A DNA stretch of 64,000 bases from positions 180,984 to 244,983 of the forward strand of contig ML992503.1 in NCBI GenBank assembly GCA_010093995.1. Direction: 5' to 3'. The translations under genes and the position numbers were made by a program. The notes beneath the pieces were generated by a model. It was not told the DNA's origin and made no database searches. It was given only the letters and a program-made list of their open reading frames with translations. The DNA is from Elsinoe ampelina (lineage: Eukaryota). Below, one piece after another: positions 52,101-62,600 of the stretch. Within the stretch, counting starts at the first letter, position 1; every line of letters begins with the position of its first letter.

Positions 52101-55100
52101 CCTATGATTAATAATAAGCAAGTTACACTAATTAAGGCCTATATAGGCATTAAGCTATTAGTTAATTACATTAGAGTCTAGAGCTACAAGGTATATACCT
52201 ATATAAACCTAAAGTCCCTTCCTATACATAGAAGAAAAGATAAGCTTATAGATAGAGGGAGAGTAGGAGTATTTCTTAGCTATATAGATAGAACTAATAG
52301 AATGTACAAGATATAGGCACCTAACAGGAAGGCAGTAATTATATTACTAAATGTTAAGTTCTCTAAATTTAAGAAAGGTAGGAATGTTAATCTTAGTATT
52401 AAGATTAGCACTACGAGCAATTAAGCACTAGTTAGGAGACTAATTAGTAGACTAACCTAGATCCGAGCCTAGCTTAATCCTAAGGTAGACTAATTAGATT
52501 AGCCTATTTAGTAAGAAGCGCCTATAGAGAGAATCTTCTTATATATTAAGATCCTAAGGGTTAACTCTATTAACCTTGTAGAATTCTAACGTAGAGAAGA
52601 GCTAATAGTTCAATCTATATTACCTAATTATACAGGTTAATCACTTAAGAGATTAAGAGATAAAGAATCTAATAATAAAGAGCCTAAGGTAAAGCATTAT
52701 AGAGCATTTATTGCTAAGTGTATTAATTAGTAAGATAAGGTTAATAAGATTACTATAATAGCCTCTGTTAAGTAATATGTCCTAATTCCAAGAGACTACT
52801 ATAAGGCTGTTACTAATCTAGTTTAGGAAAGCAAGTAGCAGAAAGCAATTAATATAGAGCTTAATACTCTAGGATTAAATAACACATAGGAAGAGGTTGT
52901 CCCTCTAAAAGGATTAAACTTAGTAACATCTAAGTAAGTCTTTAATGTTAAGTATAACATAGATAGCTCTATTAAGAAGTTTAAGGCTAGACTTATTACT
53001 AGAGGCTTCTTATAGAAGTATAGTATTAACTATAAAGACACATTTACACTAACAGTTAGAGTAGATACACTAAGACTGTTCTTTGCTATCGTGTATATAC
53101 TTGACCTTAAATGTCATTAGGTAGATGTTAATAATGCCTTTATAGAATTATTCCTTAGGGAAGTGATTTACATAAGGCTACTACCTAGACTTAAGGTCTA
53201 ACCTAGTATTGCCTTCTATATTCTTAGGAGCTTATATAGACTTAAGTAAGCTACTAGAGATTAGAATTAGCACTATATCTCTAAGCTTTTAAAGTTAGGC
53301 TTTACTTAGAGCAAAGTAGACCCTTGTCTTCTTATGCACTATAATAAGAAGATTATTCTCTTGGTTTATGTTAATAATATACCATTTGTAGCATAAAGCA
53401 AAGAGAACATCTAGTAGTTTAAGTAAGAGCTTAGTAAAATCTTTAAGATTAAGAATCTTAGTAAGGTTAGTAAAGTTCTTAGGGTTAAGGTCACAAGGGA
53501 CAGACAATAAGGAACTTTAAGGCTTAACTAGACCTACTATATAGATGATGTGTTATAGAGGCTTAATATGACCTCTAACAAGGCTACTCTAACAAAGCAG
53601 CTAATAGACAATAAGCTCCCTTAGAGAGCTTAGACTAAAGATATAAGGTTTAGTAGAACTAAGTACTTACATACTATTAGAAGCTAGATGTACCTTAGTA
53701 CCCTAATAAGACTAGACACTGCCTTTGCCTTAGGAAGGCTTAGTTAGTTTATAGCAGATCTAATAGACAGCTATACTATTAAGATAAAGAGGATATTAAG
53801 ATATATTAGATTAACTAAAGATCTTAGTATAGTGTTTAGAAGGAATAGTAATAAGACTCTTAAGGAATATTCTAATTTAGATTATACCTTAGATAAGACA
53901 GACAGAGTCTCTATTCTTAGATATGTCTTTATACTTACAGGTGGTCCTATTAGCTAGATAAGTAGGAAGTAGAAGTCTGTTTCAATCTCTACTATAGAGG
54001 CTAAATATATAGTAATATACTCTTATATAAAGAGATTACAGTTCCTATCTTAGTTACTAAGAGATATAGGCTGTTATAAGATAGTTAGTTAGTCACCTTA
54101 GAAACTAACTATAAAGGAGTCTTAGAAAGCAATAATAAGATTACCCTTTACTACTAAGATTAATAGTAATAATTAAGTAGCTCTTTTACTTGTAAAGGAG
54201 CTATATACTTATAAAAGGGCAAAGCACATTAATATTGCTTACTACTACCTTAGGAGGCTATAGAGAGACTAGAGGATATAGGTTAAGTTTGTAAGGATAG
54301 TAGACATAGTTACTAATAGATTAACTAAGCTGTTACAAGGCTAGAACTTTATAAGATTTATAAAGCAACTTAGCTTGTCATTAATCTAATAGCTCACCTA
54401 TAGGAGCTAAGTAGGAGTGTTAAGAATATAGCTCTCTCTAGATAGTTAGGCTAGAAAGTTACATGACCTATAGTTATATAATGCTAAGGCCTAGGGATTT
54501 ATAAGCTATTCTTTCTTCTAGTAGATAGACTCTTTAATTAATTAACTTGTCTATCACCTAACTAGTGTACGGATTAGTTCCATACAATACTCTACCCCTA
54601 AACGTGCCTTCTACTTAACAACTTTAACACCTAGATAATAATCCTTATTACTACTAGCTTCCTTATCTAATATTCTTTTAATCTTATTTTTATCCTTCTT
54701 AACCTTCTTCTTATACTTATTATTATTATCTCCTTTATAGTATAGTCTAGTACTATAGAGTTTAAGCTTAGAGATGTATTTATACTTAGGAGATAGAGGA
54801 ACGACTAGCCTGTATAATTGTTAGAATATACTATAATTAAAGACTATAATAAACTTACTACTAGTTAGGATTCTATAACACTACTAATTCTATAGGAGGG
54901 AGCTCTTTAAGCTACTTAAAAAAAATCTTATATGTCTACTTATTGTTAGTGTTATTAGTAATAAGGCTTATATAGCTATCCTAGTAAATTTTATACTATA
55001 GCTTCTCGATAATACTACTAGTACTATAGATATATATATAGGCTTATATTAGCTATTGTTTACCTTACTAATTTACTACTATATTATCTTAGATACGCTT

Positions 55101-55729
55101 AATAATCTTATTATACTCTTGCTTTTGTAGAGTCTTTCTAATACTAGTCTATTTCTTATAGGTCTATATAAATATAAATTTAAGTTACTCGCCTATAACG
55201 ATTAGTACTGCTATAATAGTATACTATAATAATAGACTTACTACTCCTCTATTTATTAAAGTGTTTCTCCTCTATATCTTTAATAGTATTATTAATTCTA
55301 ATATTCTACTCTTTAGTAGAGAGCTAATCCTACCTATTCTCTTTCTTAATCTTATTACGTAAAGTACTAATAGCTTTATAATCTACTACTTAAGTAGTAT
55401 AGAGGGCTTACTTCTTATATATACGCTAAGAAGTACAATCTCTCTACTTAATAGTATAAGCACTTTAACTTAGAGGTCTAGAGTGTCTAGCGATAAATCT
55501 AGTCTTATAGCTCCTTCTAGTTTAACTAGCGCTATACTAAGAGATCTAGTATTTAATTTCCTACTACTTAGAATTAAACCCCTAGTATTATTAGTAACTA
55601 TATATAATAAGAAACTATAATTAATACTTCTAATAATTCTCTTAGAATATTCTCCCTAGAGTCTTCTTCTTACTTAATTACTACCTACTCTTTCTACTCT
55701 ATCTTAATGTCTTCTATAGGTATAGACAT
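49135..55729 (-). pseudogene. RIPed multi-intron cargo gene of hAT-2 with a long Asp/Glu-rich C-terminus; split by copia D
   Basis: ATG at 55729. GTAAGT...CTAAT/CTAAC...AG introns near 55240-55195 and 54860-54810. The frame continues across the copia D TSD into AAT/AAG/GAT runs (RIPed GAT/GAG) and ends EMS(D)A* at 49135. Confidence 0.62.
49300..54620 (+). mobile_element. Copia D (Ty1/copia, RIPed), full length 5,321 bp; 203-bp LTRs at 49300-49502 and 54418-54620; TSD ACTTT
   Basis: Matching LTRs TGTTAAG...CTTAACA and TSD. PBS-like GGTTATAAGCCC; protease (W)ML(D)S(G)AS near 50,950; L(W)HRRFA(H)L near 51,490; RT RSLY(G)LK(Q)A and LLVYV(DD)I near 53,230-53,400. Confidence 0.95.
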
Positions 55730-56070
55730 TTAATTAAAGGTAATAAAAAGAGTATTTATAGTATATAAATTGTATATAAGGTAAGTAAAAGAGGTAAAGG
55801 TATAAAGGGAAAGTTAGAGTTAGAAATTTATAATTTATAAATGTATAAAATAATAAAAGAGAAGGCTAGGGTAAAGAATAAGAAAGCTATTGTTATATAA
55901 GTTATTTACTATTATCTTATTATTCTCTATTATTAATAGTAAATAGTACATCTAATAATAGGTTTTATATTTCTTACTCTAGCCTCTCCTTTTTACTATT
56001 TTATATATACTAAAATTTTACATACGAACTTTAACTTCTTAGCTATATATAAACAACCTCTTACTTTACT

Positions 56071-56597
56071 ATAGCATGCAAAAAAGGTTATCCTTAAGCT
56101 ACTACTAGTCCTAGAGAAAGAGGTTATAAAGAGAAGTAACCTACTATAAAGAAGACGCTATAATTCTAGACTAAGCCTAGAAAGAAGTAGAGATTTAAGC
56201 CCGGCAGTATTTATTACAGTTTCTAATTATAGAGCAGAACTAATAGAAGGTAGCTATCGCTCTCTATAAGATTTGTTACTACTAGAAGAATGTTTAATTA
56301 TTATTCCGTAAACTTCCCTTTTCTTGCCTTATCTATAAGATATTCTAAGATATATAGCTTACTCTTAAGGTCGATCGCTAGACAGCTAATATACTTAGAG
56401 CTCTCTAAGAATTAGTAGAGGCATTTATTATTAGATATATAGAAGGTATATACCTATTAAATATGTGTTAAAACCTTAATTAACACCTATTTATAGATAT
56501 AAACCTTAATGCTATCTATACTAAGTATATTACTATTAATTATAAGGACTCTAGCTTTACTAAGCGCTACTATTAGAAGTTTATAGTTAGTAGTTAG
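56071..56597 (+). pseudogene. RIP-inactivated histone H3 variant gene inside hAT-2; exons 56071-56206, 56254-56445 and 56497 to ~56597 (end uncertain)
   Basis: Literal spliced translation is RFKPG/TIALYKICYY*KNV*LLFRKLPFSCLIYKIF*D...R*TANILRAL*ELVEAFIIRYIE/DINLNAIYTKYITINYKD. Reversing only C>T and G>A changes gives RFKPGTVALREIR.YQK...RKLPFSRLVREI.QD...ALQE.AEAF...EDTNL.AIHAKR.TI..KD. Two GT-AG introns of 47 and 51 nt. Confidence 0.9.
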
Positions 56598-56999
56598 TTA
56601 AGGATTAGAGTTTTAGGTAGTAGCTTATACTAGAGAAATAGTATAGGTAGAGTAATAAATTTCTTTACTATAATAATATAATATAATAATACCTTAATTC
56701 TTCCTTAATATTAGTAATTAATGTTTATAATTACTTAGAGGCTACTAGCGTATTTTTAAATGCCTTATATAAAGTAATTATAGAGAAGACTTTCTAATAG
56801 TCTTAACTTAAATATATTACTTATCTAAACATTTTAAATTTGTTTAGCTAAAAAATTGTAGTATTATTATAAACACCTATACTACTTCTATTTAATAATA
56901 TAAGTTATATAACCTCTATACTCTACTATAGCAGATTCTAATAATCTAATCGATCTATAATTATATCTTCTATTAACTCTACTAATTATAGTAGTCTCT

Positions 57000-59610
57000 G
57001 TCCCCTAAGATCTAGCTAGTTATTGCTTTACTATATAACAACGTAATAGAGGTAGTTAGCCTATACTATAGTACCTTATTAAGTGTCTAACGCTTAATCC
57101 TTCGATACTTACTAAGGAATAAGTAGATCTTTAAAGCTTTCTATAGTAGTAGAACTTAACACTATAGGTATCTTGCTATAGCTTCTCTAAGGAGTATAGC
57201 CTACTAAACTAGAACTTAACACTAAGAACTAGATTAGTATAGGCATACTTTAGAGAAGCTATATAGGTATCTAATAGATGTTTATTTATTTACTACTTAT
57301 AGTATAGTAATATACTTACTTACCTATCGCTATTAAAGTAAGGTATAAATATAATAAGCAATTATAGAGATATAAAGACCTATACTAAGGTTACAAAATC
57401 GGTCTATAATCTAGTAGACTAAGTACTTATATAGCTTCGAAGTTGTCTAGTAATTAATTAAAAGAATATTCCTTTATATTTAATTACTTAATTCTACTTA
57501 GAGCTTGTTTAAATAGTAGTAGACTATAATTAGTTATTTTATTCTATCGAGCGACTATCCTTTTAATAGTTTATATAGTTCCTATACCTAGGAGTATTTA
57601 TACTAAGCTATACTTACTTCGCTACTCTCTTTAATAACGAATTTAAAAACCTCTATTAAACGTTATTATAAGATCTTAATAAGACAATAAAGGTCTTAAT
57701 TACTCTTAATAGCTAGTCTATAAATAATTATTTAAGCTTTATTATAATTAAAGCCCATTACATTAATAACTAATAGTAGCTCTAGAAACAATTATTAGAT
57801 ATAGTACTACTTCGGGGTTAATATATAAGCTATAATATAGCTACTAAACTCGTACGGACACTCCGGTACTATAATCTCTAGGATAGACTCCTTACTATTA
57901 CTACTAATAATACAAGTAACAACTATATATTACGTAAGATAGTATAAAGACTTCTTAGGTAGGTAAGTATTATATAGAGTATATAAGAAAATACTATTCT
58001 ATACCTTATATATATTATTAATCTTGTTATATAGGACATTATTAAGTACCTCGACCTTAAGACTACTAAGGAGAATAAATAAGCTACTAGGCTTAAAAGG
58101 CAGTACTTAAGAAAGATCTCTACTAAACTTTTAGTACTAAACTTGCTTTATAAGGTTAGTATTTTAATTATAGTTTTTAATTATAGTCTAATTAATTCCT
58201 AGCTCTATGTAACTTATATTACTATTAATTAATTACCTTAACGCTTTAAGAGGTTTATAACTCTTTAATAAGCTCTAATACCTCGAGAGCGTAAGGCTAT
58301 TATTTAAGACGTTAAGACATAGTAGAACTTAATCTTTAATATATATAAGTATAGTCTTAAGCTTAGACTATTTATCGATAAATAGCTTAAATAGAAGATT
58401 ATAATAAAGAGTTCTACTAGTATAAGACCTAACTTAGTTAGCACTAATACTAGTAATCTAGATTATAAGGATCTTAAACATCTTTAGCTTAATAGTATAG
58501 AGTAGTTATACCTTAAGCTAGTAATAAAGATACTTAAGAACTTTAAGGTAGTAACTACTTAGTTAAGTACTATTAGCTGCCTACTAATTATATATATCTA
58601 GTTAATGTATAATTATCTATTTAACTTCCTCGATAAGATAGAGAATAGCGCTATAGACAAGGAGAGGAATAATAATAAGCCTTAGCCTAAAGTAGTTAGA
58701 CTTATAGCAGAGTATAGTCGAGATAAATTGTTAAAGTACTATAATTATACTAACAATAAGAGAGAGTACCTCTTTAATTATAGTATAGTCTTAGACTCTA
58801 TATAAAAGCTAACTCCCTACGAGGTTTATAGCTTATAAATATATTCTTATAGTAAGCTAATTATATTATAGAATAATACCTAGGAGAAATCTAATAAGGC
58901 TAAGTATCGTAAGTAATTTCTTAACTACCTTAGTTGCTATAATAGTAAACTACCTTCCCTAGATAGTCTACCTAAGACCCTAAGTATTATAACTCTACTT
59001 AAAGATAAAGATAATTAGTTCTATTGACCTTAGTTACTTATATAGCTTACCTCTCCCTAGACAAGCTTTAGCTTCTAGTCTAACGTTAGCTTAGTAATCT
59101 AGGATTAATAAGAGAGTTCTTAAACTACTTATTAGAAGAGTAAGAACTACCTTAATATTCTTCTAGTCCGGAGTATACTAGGATTTAAAGTACTTAATTA
59201 GTAGAAGAATAACGAGAAAGACTTTCTATAGCTTACTAAAGTCGCTCGAGATGTCCTTACTATACTAATTACTAGCGTTAGTATCGAATGTATATTTAAT
59301 ATAGTAAAGAACATTATTAGTAATTAAAGACACTAACTCTCTATATAAACAATCTAGTAGCTTATAATTATAAAGCTTACAACTAGACTATCTCTATTAA
59401 GTAGTAATCCTATCGATAGTAGCTATATAGATAAGGCACTAGATAAGGTAGATAACTTATTTAACTTACCTACTTAAGAGAGTATATTTAATATAAGTAA
59501 CTACGAGAAAGATAGTAATAATAACAACTATAAGTCTCTAGTAAAGCGTATAAGATTATCTAGAAGAACATAGAATAACATTAAAATACAACGATTAAAC
59601 GTATAGAATA
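57000..59610 (+). pseudogene. RIPed hAT transposase (BED finger, DDE core, hAT dimerisation domain); ends approximate
   Basis: V(W)AYF...Y(C)L(Q)(C) BED finger near 57,235-57,310; DRLL(A)IT(AD)N(A)SN near 57,885; I(P)(C)L(AH)IINL near 57,995; (D)VKT(RW)N(S) near 58,310; F(PQ)L(A)KVARDVL...(V)E(RV)FN near 59,225-59,300. Confidence 0.9.
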
Positions 59611-59672
59611 CTATAATTAGAAACTATAATTAGTGCTATTTCTATCCTAAATAGATTGCAAATTATATATAT

Positions 59673-62600
59673 TGTTAAGCAGAAGGCACGTTTAGGGGTG
59701 GAATATTGTATAGAACTAATCGTACACTAGTTAGGTAATAGACGAGTTAATTAATTTAAAGGAGTCTATCTACTAGAAGAAAGAACAGCTATAAATCCCT
59801 AGGCCTTAGTATTATATAACTTAAAGTTATATAACTTTATAGCCTAATTATCTAGAGAGGGCTATATTCTTAACACTCCTACTTAGCTCCTATAGATAAG
59901 CTATTAGGTTAATAATAAGCTAAGTTACTTTATAAACCTTGTAAAGATCTAACCTTGTAATAGCTTAGTTAACCTATTAGCTACTATGTCTACTGTCCTT
60001 ACAAACTCTACTTAAATCCTCTAGTCCCTCTATAGCCTCCTAATATAGTAGTAAGCGACATTAATATACTTTGCCCTTTTATAAGTGTATAGCTCTTTTA
60101 TAAGTGAAAGAGCTACTTAGTTATTACTATTAATCCTAGTAGTAAAGGGTAATCTTATTATTGCTTTCTAAAATTCCTTTATAGTTAGCCTCTATAGTAA
60201 TTGCCTAACTATCTTATAACAGCCTATGTCTCTTAGTAACTAAGACAGGAACTGTAATCTCTTTATATAAGAGTATATTACTATGTATTTAGCCCCTATA
60301 GTAGAGGTTAAAACAGACTTCTACTTCCTACTTATCTAGCTAATAGAACTACCTACAAGTATAAAGACATATCTAAGGATAGAGACTCTATCTAACTTGT
60401 CTAAGGCATAGTCTAAATTAGAGTATCCCTTAAGGGTCTTATTTCTATTCCTTCTAAATATAATACTAAGATCTTTAGTTAATCTAATAGATCTTAACAT
60501 CTTCTTTATCTTAATAGTATAACTGTCTATTAGATCTGCTATGAACTAACTTAGCCTTCCTAAGGCAAAGGCAGTATCTAGCCTTGTTAGAGTGCTAAGG
60601 TATATCTAGCTTCTAATAGTATATAAGTACTTAGTTCTACTAAACCTTATATTATCTTCCTAAGCTCTTTAAGGGAGTTTATTATCTATTAGCTGCTTTA
60701 TTAGAGTAACCTTGTTAGAGGTTATATTAAGCCTCTATAGCATATTATCTACATAGTAGGTTTAATTAAGTCTTAAGGTGCTTTATTATCTGTCCCTTAT
60801 AACCTTAACCCTAAGAACTTTATTAACCTTACTAAGATCTTTAATCTTAAAGATCTTACTAAGTTCTTGCTTAAACTACTAGATATTCTTCTTGCTTTAT
60901 GCTGTAAATAGTATATTATTAATATAAACTAAGAGAATAATTCTCTTATTATAGTATATAAGAAGATAAGGGTCTACTTTGCTCTAAGTAAAGCCTAGCT
61001 TTAGGAGCTTAGAGATATAGTGCTAGTTCTAGTCTCTAGTAGCTTACTTAAGTCTATATAAGCTCCTTAGAATCCGGAAGGCAAATCTAGGACTAACCTT
61101 TAGTCTAGGTAGTAGCCTTATATAAATCCTTTTATAAAGAAAGAACTCTATAAAGGCGTTATTAATATCTACCTAGTAACACTTAAGGTTATATATACAA
61201 ACAATAGCAAAGAACAGCCTAAGTATGTCTACTCTAACTATTAGTATAAATATGTCTTCGTAGTTAATACTATACTTCTATAAGAAGCCTCTAGTAACTA
61301 GTCTAGCCTTAAACTTTTTAATAGAGCTATCTATATTGTACTTAACATTAAAGACCTATTTAGATGTTACTAAGTTAGATCCCTTTAGAGGAATAACCTT
61401 TTCCTATGTATTGTTTAAGTATAGAGTATTAAGCTCTATATTAATTGCTTTCTACTATTTACTTCCCTATACTAGATTAGTAATAGCCTTATAGTAGTCC
61501 CTTAGGATTAAGACATATTGCTTAATAGAGGCTATTATAGCAATCTTATTAACCTTATCTTGCTAATTAATGCACTTAGCAATAAAAGCTCTATAGTGCT
61601 TAGCTTTAGGGCCTTTATTATTAGAGTTATTATCTCTTAATCTCTTAAGTAATTAACTTATATAGTTAGTTAGTAAAGATTAAACTATTAGCTTTTCTCT
61701 ACGTTAGAAATCTACAAGGTTAATAGAGTTAACCCTTAGGATTTTAATATATAAGAAGATTCTCCCTATAGGTGCTTTATTCTAAATAGGCTAATTTAGT
61801 TAGTCTATCCTAGATCTAACCTTAGTTTGAATCTAAGTTAGTCTACTAACTAGTCTCCTAACTAGTGCTTAATTGCTTATAGTATTAATCCTAATACTAA
61901 GATTAATATTACTACCTTTCTTAAACTTAGAGAATTTAACATTTAGTAATACAATTACTATCTTTCTATTAGGTGCCTATATCTTGTATATCCTATTAGA
62001 TCTATCTATATAGCTAAGGAATACTCCTACTCTTCCTCTGTCTATAAGCTTGTCTTTTCTTCTATATATAGAAAGGGACTTTAGGTTTATATAGGTGTAT
62101 ACCTTATAGCTCTAGACCCTAATATAATTAACTAATAGCTTAATGCCTGTATAGGCCTTAATAGGTGTAACTTGCTTATTATTAATTATAGGTCCAGTTA
62201 CTGTCCTGTTCCTTAGATATGCATCTACCTAAACTGCTTTAGGCTAGAACTTATTTAGCATCTTTAAGTCCTTAAGTATTGCTCTTATACTATTCTTTAA
62301 GGTTTAGATACCTTTCTCTACTAGTCTATTCTAAATTGAATTATATAGCTTAGTAGTTATATAATAGATGCCTTCTTAGCGCTCTTACTACTTTAGGATC
62401 TTATTAAGTTTACTAGCATTGTCTAATCTAGTAACCTTAACCTTAGTATTACTCTCCTTCTTAACCCTTAGCTTCTACTTAATAAGCCTTTATAGGGCTT
62501 TATCTCTTGTCTTAAGTGGTATAATCTATATTATCCTTAAGTAGCTATCTATAAGCTTAAGGAAGTATCTAAATCCTTCCCTACTTACTTTAATAGGACT

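Larger units (their letters stand above)
48857..59672 (+). mobile_element. hAT-2 (same family as hAT-1, inserted into it in opposite orientation); carries an acidic-tail gene, a histone H3-like gene and the transposase; right end lies beyond copia E
   Basis: Starts with the same TAGAGTAGTTATAGAGT terminus exactly where hAT-1 homology breaks off. Its own segments are 48857-49299 and 54621-59672. Confidence 0.87.

Noticed and set aside
53295..53507. The only ORF-track entry in the AT-rich block
   Set aside because: It is a chance antisense frame over the copia D reverse transcriptase.
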